Shown here piece by piece: positions 50,278 through 63,100 of a stretch of 64,000 nt of DNA (positions are counted from its first letter, which is position 1; the number at the start of each line of letters is the position of its first letter). A model generated the notes under the pieces. The model searched no databases, was not told the DNA's origin, and saw nothing but the letters and a program-made list of their open reading frames with translations. Source of the stretch: Geosiphon pyriformis uo1 (taxonomy: Eukaryota; Fungi; Glomeromycota); the NCBI GenBank assembly GCA_016748015.1, contig JAAOMT010000714.1, positions 62,001 to 126,000 on the forward strand, written 5' to 3'. The position numbers and the translations under genes were made by a program.

Positions 50278-52233
50278 ATGGAACTGGTGGACTTTGCTGC
50301 TGGTGGTTTTGGGTTCATTTTGGCTGGGTTGGGAACCCGGTCTGGTGTCAAAAATAAGCGTTCGGTTGGTCCTCAATCTTGTGGTGCGTCCTATAAGAAG
50401 CCGAAAAAACCTGTGGCGGTTGACGGTTTGGTGGAGTCGTCTGCTGGTGTCTCGAACGTTATGGATGAAAGTGGTGACGGACCTAATATTGGGCGATCGT
50501 GAGCTAGCGAGATCAACAGCGAAGTGGACAGCGTGAGTGGTGTCTCGGACTTGGATAACTTGGAAAATGTTGTCGTTAAGGAAACTAGCTATGTAGAGTC
50601 GGATGTTTCAGGTTTGGACGACGACATAAACAATACCACGCCAAGGAAGATGCGTACCCGCACCTATGTTCTGAACAGTAAGCCACCACCTCTCTCTTTC
50701 AACATGCTAAGTGATGGTGAAAACACTCTGCCTCTTCCGAGTCCTAAATTTTGTGGGTCCAATTGCCTTCCTTCAGTTGGGTCATGTGCTCCAGAGAAAC
50801 GGAGTTTTATTTTGTCAAAATCGTTTGCATTAAATATTGAACTATCTGCCATACCTGACAAAACTATTGGTGATAAGTTGGTTTGTGTGAAAAAAATTTT
50901 TTATCAGGTTGATGGTTTTGGGGGGGCTTCAACTCCCTCAAAATTTTCTGGAATAATAAGGTCATCATTTACATCTGAAAAAAGTTTGTTTAAGGCAAGA
51001 GAAATGGCAATCAGTGAAAAAATATTGGTAAATGATGATCTAAGGAAAGTAAACAGCCATTCAGATTGGGAGGTAATCATCAAAGAAATCCCAATAAATC
51101 TTTCCAAATCGGCAATTGAGGCAGTGTTCTCCAAGTTTGGCAAGATTGTTTCAATTAAAGTGCAGCTTATTGGTCTTTGGCAAAAGACTCTGGTGGAATA
51201 TGAATCATCTGAGATGGCTGATTTGGTTGCAGCTAGATGGTCTGTGCTCATGGGAAAGGATTCTGTCCGCATGGCAAAGGCAAATATTAATAAACAAACG
51301 TGGGTATCGAGGGATCAGCATTGGACTTTGCTCTATACTCTTCCAGTTGGCACCAATGCTCATGATCTCTCCAGTTTGTTGGAATCATATGGTGGGAAGA
51401 CTTGTTATATCGGCCGTAACCCTAGTTCATATGTTCATAATAGATGTGCTGTGATTTGTTTTGGTGATGAGGCATCCAAGTTGGCTGCTATTGGTACCGT
51501 TTCAGTTTTCAGAAATGTGAGTTTGCGTTGGGCTGGTCTTTCTTTGGCCAGTTGTGCTTGTTGTAAACAATTCGGTCATGTTTTGGTCAACTGTTTCTTG
51601 GGTGAATTTTCTGGTGTTCGAGGAAGAAGGGTGGTTTCTGAGCAAGATCGGGTTCATCTAGCTGAGATATATAAAAGGAAATTGGCCCCTGTCGCTCGTC
51701 CAGTTTCTTTTGGTGGAAAAACGTGGGCCCAAGTGGCAGGCCGTTCTCCCTCTCGTGTTGTTTCTTCGGGTGCTCCTGGTGGCAGTTTGGTCTCTGGTTT
51801 GAAGGCTTTCTCAATGGATTCCTCCTCGTCTGGTGCTGCTGATCTAGGTGGTCGCCTAGCTGTACTGGAATGCTTCATGGAAATTCTCGCAGACCAAGTC
51901 TCACTCATTTTGAAGAAATTAAGTTTTGTTGACTTGGTGCTATTGGCGCCTTCTCTCTCAGCTCTTCCTTTGGTGTCTCCAACTGCCGTTGTTTCAGATG
52001 TGGACTCAGGTTTGGATTTGGATAGCACGTTGTTGTTGTCTGTCTCTTCTTCTTCCAATGTTGGTGGGTCAGTTGTTGATTTCAGTTCGAGCAGTTCTAA
52101 GGTTTTGACTGCCAAGATTGGCAGTTTGGAGTCGAATATGATGGCTCTTGAGGCTTCGGTTCGCTCGGTCTTGGATAGATTGGATCATCTGCGTTCTGGT
52201 TCGGGTTCATTGGCTTTTCCTCCATCTCAATAA
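50278..52233 (+). pseudogene. LINE D ORF1 (one internal TGA at 50500)
   Basis: ORFs 50272 and 50524 are in one frame; RRM-like VIIKEIP...FSKFGKIVSIK...LVEY; CACCKQFGHVLVNC. Confidence 0.9.
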
Positions 52234-55200
52234 GTAGTTTGGTTTGGAAATTTGCTACGTGCAACGTTCGGGGTATCAATGTTCCTATGAAGCAAGCAGA
52301 TGTTGTTTGTTGGCATGTGAGTTCGGGAAATATGGTTTTTTTTATCACTGAGACTAAGTTGAGGTCCTCTTCTGGGCTGTGGATAAAGGATAAATTTGAT
52401 GGAGTGCGAATATTTTCTTCTGGCTTGGATAAGGGTTTCATGGGTGCTGGGGTTGCAATTGTTATGAACACTGCTTTGGCCCGTCATGTATCTAAGGTGG
52501 AGGAGATTCCTGGTCAGGTTATTTCTGTTCAGCTCCTGTTTAAGGGCAAGCTTTCGGTTACTGTTTTGGGGTTGTATGCTGGTGTCTCCTCTGGGACTAG
52601 ATTTGGTTAGGCTTCTGAAATTAACACCCTCATTGCAAAGGCAGTCAACTCCAGCAATTTTGTCATTTTGGGTGAGGACTTTAATGAGAATGGATCTGGT
52701 AGAAGTGCCAGTTTCAAGTTTTGTTTGAGTTTAGGTTTGGTCAATTCATTTGTTGGTCATCATTTGGCTAATTTTTATACGTGGAACAATTTGAGAGGGG
52801 TTGGGAAAACAATTGATTACATTTTTGTTGGTAGTAATTTGTCTGCTGTTGTTGCTGGCCATCAAGTTGTCTCTGTTTCAGATTTTTTTGACACTGATTA
52901 CAAGGCTGTTGTAGTTTCAGTTGGCTTGGGTGGGCTTCTAGATGTACAATTGAACAGTTTGCACAAGCAAGCGAATAAGGATCGTTGGAAGTTCAAAATC
53001 AAGAATGCTGACTGTGTTGGATGGGCTAAGTTTAAGGATCTCTCGTCAGCTAAACTTTTGTCTTTGGGTGAGGTGTTCTCTGGTGCCGAAATACGTGGTA
53101 ATGTGGATGCTATATGGGCAGTTTTGGTGGGAGCTGTGGTGGATTCTGCTGACGTGACATTTTTGAAGCATTGGTTTAGTGAATTCAAGTGTTCGAGAAA
53201 CAAACATTCTTCTAGGTTTTTTGGTCTGGAATTGTTGGTGGCTAAGATTGTTAAGAGATTTTGCTCTGGTGACTTGCTGGGTGCTAATCGTCTTGTGAGT
53301 AAATGGTCAACTCTAGATGACGCAAAGACTCGTGCTTTCAAGGACTTGGTTGGCTCAGGTGTTAAATCTGATGTTGTTGTCAGGCATTTGTCATTGGTTC
53401 GCAGAGATTACAGGAGATCGAAGATGTTTGAGTCAAGGTTGGCTGAGGAAGCTTCAGTTAGGAAGGCGATTGAGAAGCGCATGGATAATTTCTGTTCGAA
53501 TAAGGATAGTATGATCAGGAGTGTGTTGGAAAAGCCTTTTTGCAAGGTTGTGTTGGATCACTTGATAGTTGATGATAATCTGGTTTTGTTGCCTGAAGAG
53601 GTGAAGTCCAGTGTGGATAGAATAATGGAGGGGTGGACAAGGAAACGCTCCATGCAGTCAGTGCTTCCTGGTCTTTGGGCTCGTTAGTATGCGCCTTTGG
53701 ACTATGTTCGGGATGATGCTTTTTCAGGTGTTATGAGTGCAATCAGTATGGGCGAGTTACTTTCTGTTGTTGGTAGTCTTCTTGATGGCAAGGCTGCTGG
53801 TTTGTCTGGTGTTCCTAATGAGTTATGGAAACATAGTGGTGAGGTGGTTTTGGGGTGCCTATTGGCACTGTTTAATAAATGTTTGTCTGGTGGTGTGGTG
53901 TCTGTTTTGTGGAAGAGAGCTTAGGTGTCAATGATTCCTAAGCCTTATGACTGGAATGGAGTTCTTACGAACACTCGGCCTATTGCTTTGATTGAGACTG
54001 CCAGAAAGATTCTTTCCAAGATTCTGTCTGACCGTATTTCAATGGCTTATAGCAAGTTCAATGTTCTTCAGGGTGACAACTTTTCGGTGCTAAAGGGTAC
54101 ATCAACACAATCTCTGGTGTTTGCTGTCGATTCGGTAATTGAGGATGAGAAGGATAGGGAGTTATGGTTGGTCTTGCAAGATATGCGGAAAGCTTATGAT
54201 TCAGTTGGGTGGCATCATTTAAGAGCTAGTTTGCGGTGTGTCAAGATATGTGAGAGGTTCATAAGGTTTTTTGGTGGTATTCATGAGGATAGAGTTAATA
54301 GGGTGATGACTGACTTTGGTTTGTCTGATGGTTATAAAGTGTATGATGGGCTGGACCAGGGTGAGGTCTTTTCGCCACTTCTTTGGAGAATTTTTTATGA
54401 TCCGCTTTTATGTGAGGTTAAAAACATGAACAATTGTGTGAGTACTGGATTGATACTAAGTTTGTTTCAAAATCTGGCAGAATTGAGGGCAGTGGTGGTT
54501 TGATATCGTATTTTTCGGCTGGTGCGTTTGTCAATAATATGATCTGGGTTGGAAATTGTCAGGCTTCTACTCAATATGCTCTGAACATTGCCAGTGAATT
54601 TTTTGTGATCAATGATATTTCTATCAATAGTGAGAAGACAGTAGCTATTCCCATCAATCAGGGTGTTAAAGTTGCTTCATTGAACATTTGTGGTCAGCCA
54701 ATTTCTATTGCCAAGAAAGGGGAAGCACATCGATATCTGGGTATTTTTCTGTCAACTGAAAGGCTCTCCAAGCCAAGTGTTGCCAAGGCTCATGCGGATG
54801 TACGTTTTTTTGTCAATATTGTGCTTAGGAAGACTATTACTGACAAACAATTCTTCTATCTAGTGTCAGCTGTTTTGCAGCCTATTGTTAGCTATTGTAC
54901 TCAGTTCAGTTTTGTCTCATCTAATGTTTGTCGCAAGTGGGATGCCTTGGTTAGAAAGGGTCTTAGGTTCAAGGCTTGTTTCCCCCGTGATTTTCCTGAC
55001 GCTGCTTTGCATCATCCCTCATTGTATGGCCTAAAGCCTTTTGAGCAGGTGCAGTCAGAAGGGAAGGTTGCTGCTTTGATGGCGTTCTCTAATGCCTTTG
55101 GCATTCTTGGGCATTTGTTTAAACATAGGTTTTTGGACCTACAGATTCTTAGTTGGGCTCCTTTGGATCCTTTGCAGTTTCCAGTCAGGTTGTGTGTTAG

Positions 55201-56908
55201 TCTGGTGAACAATTTTTTGGCTGGGATGGTGAAGATCTTTCTGGACAATGAGCTTACTTTGGTGAACAACCTCCCCACTGCATTTCGTGGTCCTGGTCGG
55301 TTCTCGTTGTCCTCTGTTCTTGGAAAGTCTCTGTATTTTGATTCGGTCAAATCCCTTAAACGTTTTGGTGTCGCTTTTAGTGATCGGCTGTTTGATAAGA
55401 AAGGTGTTTTGTTGAATTGGAAAACTTTTTGTCATTGGAAGAGGTTAGATCTGCGTGGTCCTGTGTCTCACTGGTTCATGGTTTCTTCTGAGTTTTTGAA
55501 AGATCAGAGTTACTCATTTTCTGGTTCTGTTGGCTCTGCAGAAAAGCTTGGTTTGGACATTTTGGGATCTGGGGAATTTTCTGCAGTTAAAGATGGATTG
55601 CATGACATTTGGTCAGGCTTTTTTGAAGTTTTCACGGATGGGTTTTTGAAGAATGCAGGCTCTGCTGAGGTCACCTGTGATGCTGCTGCATACTTTCCGG
55701 TCTTGGATAAGAGCATTGGTGTTGCTGTTCGTGGTCTTTTGTCATCTACTATGACCGAGTTACAGGCTGTCGCTTTGGCCTTAGAGTGTGTTCCTTCTTC
55801 AAGTACTGTGGTGTTACGTCTTGACAGCCAGGCTGCTATTGACGCATGTGTGTCTGAGATGTCTTTGGTTGCCCCTGATTTCCGTAATCAATACTGGTTG
55901 GAAAGGCATCATATTTTTAATTTGGTCAGAGATAAGGATCTCAGTGTGAGTTGGGTTAAGATGAAAGGTCACTCTGGGATTCTTGGTAATGTGAGAGCTG
56001 ACTTGACTGCTGGGACTGCCTCTGGGTCTCCCTTTTCTCTTTGTGCCGATGTGTGTAAACATTTTTTGGTTGCTGAGGGTATCGCTGTTTCTGGTAATGC
56101 CCGTCATTTTGTCAGGAATATTTTTCGATCAATTTGTTGTGCTTGTTGGGAAGCTGGGCCTGGTTGTGATGTAGTTCCGGATGTGATGATTGGTTGCATA
56201 GACTGGGTTGTCACGGCAAAGGTGTGGCATCCTGATTCTCATATGCTTGCTGGGTTCACTAGCCACGCATCCTCAATGCTTTGCACTTATGTTATGAAGG
56301 CTGTGCATAGGAGATTGCCGGTGGCAGTAAGGAAGAAGTTGTATGATAAGTGCTACCCTAGTGTGTTGTGTTTGTTTTGCGGTGAGGTGGAGTTCTTTGA
56401 CCACGTTTTTACTTGTGTTTATGAATCTGGCATTCATGGTGAGATTTTGGCGGAGGCTTCTGCCCGTTGGTCAGCTTTGGCTGGTGGTTCCCCTGCTTCT
56501 GCTGTGTTGCGGGTTTTGTCTCAATGTTCCATTGATGTTGGGCTTTACACTTTGGTGTGCAAAGGGTTTGTGCTCGAAGAGTGGTATGAGGAGGCTTGCG
56601 ATGTTTTTGAGGATAGAAAGGTGGCCACTGCTCAGATTGTTGATTATGTCAGGTTTGTTGTTGGATTACATCGTGCTAAAGTATGGTTGGCTAGAGCCAG
56701 CCACTGGGTGGTAATAAAGAAGGCTGGTCTGGTCTGTGACGTTGGTGTTGTTTCTGGGCTCCCTTGTGGTGTGTCTTCGGTTTTGTTTAACGGTATTGTA
56801 AGATTGCTTGGTTTGGCCGATTCCTTTGCTGTTAGCTTTGGTCGTTGGAAGCCTTATTGTTTCTTTTCTGGTCTGGGTGGCAGTGTGCGGGTAGTTATAG
56901 ATGTGTAG
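52230..56908 (+). pseudogene. LINE D ORF2: APE, RT, RNase H, CCHC
   Basis: Three TAG stops and one frameshift (~54420); RT catalytic FVDD mutated to FVNN (54527-54538). RNase H FTDG/TELQA/LDSQ/KGHSG; CLFCGEVEFFDHVFTC. Confidence 0.94.
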
Positions 56909-57124
56909 TGTTGCCTTGTCTGGCCTGAGTGGCTAGCCACATGTAGAAAGTGTGTAAGTCGCGTTTAGTTTGAGCCTCTTAGTTTGGCTCTATGTACTAG
57001 ATAGCGATTGGGCTACACTCATTAAATGTGTTAATAAAAAAAAAAATGTTTTAATAAAATTTTATGTGTTTTTTTAAATAATAAAAATTTAATTTAATAT
57101 AATAATAACATAATAAAATAATGA

Positions 57125-60100
57125 AATTTTTCTCTTATTAATCTCTTGGTTATAATAAAAACAAATGATTTGTTAAAGATATAGCTTTTTTTTTTTCTTT
57201 TCCCTTTGTTTTTCTTAGTTATTTTTTCAAACACACTTCTATTTATTATAATAGAATCAGTGAACTTGTTTGGTGGTAGTTTTGATTCTGATTTGACTAG
57301 TTTGAGAACTCATTCTAATATCAAGAAAAAACATATAAAAAGTATCTACTTTTGTAGTGTATTATATAAAAAACTGAAGAAGTCTAAAGTTAATAGTATT
57401 ATAATTGACTTATTTACTGGCTTTATTAGTTTAGAAAAAATTATAGGCTTTAACATTAAATCTGTAGTGTCTTGAAAAAGCAATGTTAATAGTATTACAA
57501 ATAATATTGGTTTCAAATATTAAGAATATAAGAAACATAATTGTAAAAGAAACTAGTTATGCAAATTTGGATGCTTTAATGGGCAACAAAAATATGGACA
57601 ACATTATGTTAAAGAAAACTTACATTTGTACATATATGTTAAATTATTCACCAAAAGCTTTAATATTTGATGATATAAACAATAATAATAATATATTGAA
57701 ACTTCTATTTTTCAAATTTACTAGTTTTAAGTAGTTGTCATTTGTTAAGTCATGAGTTTTTAAAAAACAAAATTTTGAGCCAGTTAAATTTTTTATGTTA
57801 GATATTAAATTATTTGTTGTACTTGACAAAATTAAGTTTTCTATTAAAAAAAATTTTTATTACATCAATGGTTTTAGAAAAGTATTGATTTTCTCAAAAT
57901 TTCTAAATATTATTAGATCTACTTTCATTTCTGAATTGAGTTTAGACAAAGCAAAAAATTTGGCCATCAGTAAGAAAATCTTAATAAATAATAATATTAG
58001 AAGACCAAATAATTATTTGGATTAGAAAATAATTGTCAAAAAAATTTCAGTTAATCTTTCTAAATTAGCTGTAGAATTAATTTTTTCCAAATTTGGTAAG
58101 CTGGTTTCAATTAAGATGCAATTGATTGGTTTTTGGCAAAAAGCTTTGATTAAGTTTAAGTCATTTAAAGTTGTTAAATTAGTTGCTTCAAAGTAATTGG
58201 TTTTTATAAAAAAATTCTATGCATATTATATTAATAGTTAATAATAAACAATTATAAGTATTCAGAGATTTTTATCAGACTTTGTTGTATATTTTGTCTG
58301 TTAATACTATTGCTCATAATTTTTCTGGTTTGTTGGAATTATATAGTAAGAAAACTTGCTTTATTGGCTATAATCTGAGTTCATATGTGCATAATAGGTG
58401 TGCTATAATTTGTTTTGCTAATAAAATAGCTAAAATGGCTGCTATTATTTCTATTCTAGTTTTTAAGAGTGTAAATTTATGCTGAACTAGTTTTTTTTAG
58501 TCTGTTGTGCTTAGTGCAAACAATTTGATTATGTTTCTAATATGTTTTCAATGAATAAAAATCTTGGTGTTTATAGTAAATAGATGATGTTTTCTCAGAA
58601 TTGAATTTGTTTAGCCAATATTTATAAAAAAAAAGCAGACACTAATTGCCCATTCAGTGTCTTTTTGTGGAAAAACTTGGGCCCAAATTGTTAATAATTC
58701 TATATTTTGTGTAACATCTTTGGTTCTTTTCAGTACTGGTTTATTTTTAAATGTTAAATCTCTTTTGCTAGTTTTTTTTTAATATAAGTAATAGGTTTGC
58801 TGCTTTTGAATACAGTTTTGTTAGTCTTATGGAGCAAGTTAATAAGCTGACTAAGAAATTGGACACACTTAAACCAATGGTTTTTCAGTCTAGCCCTGAA
58901 TGTTAGCTATTGGTGACTTTTTCATCACAAAATCAAGAGACAGATATAGTAATAAATAAGGATTTGAATGCAGTTATTTGTAATGAGACTGTTATAAAAG
59001 CAGTAGTTTTTGATATATTAATTGTTTTAAAATTGGAAAAAAATATAGACAATTTGTCAGCTTTAGTTATAAACCTAATAGCCAAGATAGACAATTTTAG
59101 TTTGGATGTAAAAGATCTCTTTTCTTAATAACAAATCTGGTTTAAAAGATTGTTACTTGTTATATTAGAGATTTCAATGTTTCTGTCAAGCAGAAAGATG
59201 TTGTTTATTGGCATATAGATTTAAGTAACATGATTTCTATTATTATTAAGACAAAATTAAAATCTAAAATCAGGTTGTGAATTATGAATAAGTTTAGTAA
59301 AGTTCGAATTTTTACTTCTGGCTTGAATGAAAGTTTTTTTTGGTGTTGGTATTACTGTAATTATAGATAGTTCTATAGTTTGACATGTTTTAAAGATAAA
59401 TAAAATTCCAAATTGGTTGATTTTAATATGTTTTTTGTTCAAAAACAAGCTTTTAATTACAATTTTGGGTTTATATGCTAATGTGTCTGTTGGTGTATAA
59501 TTTGGTCAGGGTTCTAATATCAATTTTATAATTTTTAAAACAGTTAACTCTAGCTTATTTGTGAATTTGAGTGGTAATTTTAATAAGAATAGTTTTAAAA
59601 AAAGTGTAAGTTTTAAGTTTTGTTTGGATCTAAGTCTGGTTAATGTATTTAATAGACATTTATTGACTAAGGCTTTTATTTGGAGCAATTCTAAAGAAAT
59701 TAAAAAAGTGTTAAATTTTATTTTTGTGAATAAAAACTTGGCATCTGAAATAGCATATCATAAGATTGATGTTGTGACAAAGTTTTTTGATACAGATTAT
59801 AAGACAGTATTACCAAAAGTTTTTAGTCTTTTTTTTTAAATATTGTTAATGTTGATTTGCTGTAAATTTACATTTTCAGATAGTTAAACTTTCAATAACT
59901 GAATTTATTTTCAAATTATCTTCTATAATTTGAACTGCTAGATTTATCAATGAAATAGCCAATTTTGTGCCAGTTACTTTGTATAGTTATATTATAGTAA
60001 ATGTCAACTTTTTCTCAAGAATTGCTTGTCTAGAAGCTCACTAAAACTCTGTAGTTATTTTGCTATAAAAGTCAACTTTTCTACAGAAATCTTGTTTGTA

Positions 60101-63100
60101 GGCTACCTTAATAATTATAATAAGAAAAGTAAAAAAAAATAAAAAAAATGCAAAGAAATAGGATTTTGTCAAAAGAAACGTTTTTTATTTAGGTCTGGAG
60201 TTACTAACAGATTACTGAAATTGGTAGCTAATTAATTTCAAAATGTTAGTTGTATTGAGGGAGTTTTAAGTATAAGAATTTAAAGAATTTGGTTTTTGAA
60301 TATTTAATTTTTATTTGTGATGTGTAAAAATAATTTGTTCTAATTAAGATATCTAAAGTAAAATACTATTATAAGATACTATGAGAAGATACATTTTTTT
60401 TGAAGAGAAAAGCTTTTCTTTTATACAACTTGTTATAGTACTAGTCTTTGAATTTGTACTTTTTTTTTGCTCTAATTTTGGTAAACTAAAGATATATTTC
60501 AGCAAACTATAAGTTATTTTTACAAACTATTAATTATTTCGGCCAATTTTTATTAATTTCGGCGAATTTTGATTATATTAAATGGTTCAGAGTATTGTGT
60601 AATTTGATCATTTTAATTTCTATAGTACAAATCGGGTTATTAATTGAATAATAATATTTGGTAATAATTGAAATGATAATAATATATGCTAATTAATAAT
60701 AAAAATTATGAGGATAATTTTATGCTAATTAATAGCTAAAATTTTACTAGTAACAATAGTCTCAATATTAATTGGTTTAGATGGTTTTTTAGATGTTTAT
60801 CTTGATAGTATTTATAAACAGACTAATAAAAATTAATAGAAGTTCAAGTTAAAGAATGTAGATAATGCAAAGTAGATATAATTTGAAAAATAATTTTTTA
60901 ATGAATTGTTGACAAATTCGAATGTATTTGAGGAAACATATGATTATAGTAACTTGGATGTAATATTGAAAGTCCTAAAAGAAGTTATAATACATGCTAC
61001 TAATATGGTGTTTTCTAAGCATTAGTATAATAAATATAATTGTTCAAAAAACAAACAATCTTCAAAATATTTTAAATTGAAATTGCTTATTGCAAAGATT
61101 ATAAAAAAATGAAATTTAAAAGATCTATTAAAATTCAACTGTCTTGTTAGAGTTGGTTATCTATTAATAATGTTGAAGCATCTATGATTATTAGCATAAT
61201 TTAGAGTAGTATAAGCTTAATAAAATTATTTAAACATTTGTTAATGATGTGAAAAAAATATCAAAAATCTAAGTATTATGAATCAAAAGCATCTGAGAAT
61301 ATAATTATTAGAAAGACAATTGAACAATGCATGGAAAATTTTTGCTCTAACAAAAAACAGATAATAAAAAGTATTTTAGAAAGACTATTTTGCAAAGTTG
61401 TTTTGAATTACTTAATAGTAAAAGATAAATTGGTAATGGAGCCTGATAAGATGAATATTAGAGTTGATGTAATCATAAAAAGATGGATAAAGAAGTGATT
61501 AGTGTTTCTAAAGATGCCTAATCTTTGGTTTTGTTAATATATGCCTCTGAATTATATGAATAATGATGCTTTTTTTGGTGTAATAAAAGAGATTAATATG
61601 AAAGAGTTGACTTTAGTTGTTAATAATTTGCCAAATAATAAAACTGCCAGATTGTTAGAAATACTTAATGAACTTTGGAAACATTATGGTAAAAAAGTGT
61701 TGGGTTGTTTTTTAAGATTAATGAATTTGTGTTTAACTTTAGATATGGTTTCAATTTCTTGGAAAAGAGCATATGTTTCAATAATTCCAAAATCTTATAA
61801 ATAGAATAGTGTCTTAATAAATACTAAACCTATTGCACTAATTGAAACAGCTTAGAAGATTTTATCTAAGATTTTTTCTGATTAGATATTATTAACATAC
61901 AGCAAATTTAATATTCTTTGTGATGATAACTTTTTGGTGTTGAAGGGTACTTCGACTTAGTTTTTTATCTTTGCCATTGAGTTAATTGTAAAAAATGCTC
62001 TAAAAAAGAATAGAAAGCTTTAGTTAATATTGCAGAATATGTGTAAAGCTTATAATTTAGTGAGCTAACATTATTTGAGGACTAGTTTGTAATATATTAA
62101 AATATGCAATCAGTTTATCAAGTTTTTTAGCAACATTCATGAGAATCAGATCAACAAAGTAATAATAAATTTTGAACTTTTAAATAATTATAGAGTACAT
62201 AATAGTTTGGATTAGAATAAGATCTTTTTTTTACTTCTTTGAAGAATTTTCTATAATTCACTTTTGTGTAAGATCAAAAGACATAAACACTTGTGTAAAT
62301 ACTGAATTAATACTAAGTTCATAATAAAAACTGGCAAAATTGAAGCTGTTAAAGGAAAAACTTTTTTTTTGCTGTTAGTGTTTTTGTTGATAATACAATT
62401 TGGGTCAAAAATAATCAAGCTTCTATACAGTATATTTTAAATATTGTCAGTGAGTTCTTTAATATCAATAATATCTTAATTGATAATAATAAAACTGTGG
62501 TTATTTCTATCAATTAGAGTGTTAAAACTGTCTCATTATTAATAAATGGTTTGCCAATTTTAATTGCTAAGAAAAATGAGTTGTATAGATTCTTGATATT
62601 TTTTTGTTTACTAAGAATCTTTTTAAGTCTAGCTTAGTTCAAACTTATACAGATGTCAGATTTTTTTCCAATGTAGTATTAAGAAAAGTAATTATGAATA
62701 AACAATTTTCTTATTTAGTTTTGGCTGTTTTGCAGTTCATAGTTGGCTACTAAATGCAGTTTAGTTTTGTTTTATTGAATGTATATTGTAAGTAGAATGT
62801 TATAATTAAGAATAGTCTTAAAGCCAAAACTGGTTTATCACATGATTTTTTTAATAAGACTTTGTATTATCTATTTTTATATAGTTTAAAACTCTTTAAG
62901 CAAGTGCAATCTAAAGAAAAAGTGGCTTTATTGATTTTTTTTCCAATACCTGAGGCATTTTTAGATGTTTATTTGAATATAGGTTTTTGAATTTGCAAGT
63001 TCTGAGGTGGTTTTCTTTAAATTTTTTACAGTTTCTTGTTAAGTTGCATGTTAATCAAGTAAACAATTTTTTAGTTAAGGTGGTAAAAATTTTTTTGGAC

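Larger units (their letters stand above)
50148..57043 (+). mobile_element. Full-length, least-decayed LINE 'D' with poly(A) and 11-bp TSD aaatgttttaa
   Basis: TSD at 50137-50147 and 57044-57054. Confidence 0.94.

Noticed and set aside
50664-56107. Antisense ORFs in LINEs D, A and B as an ORF0-like gene
   Set aside because: Short, not conserved in position between subfamilies, and expected from the T/G-rich sense strand.
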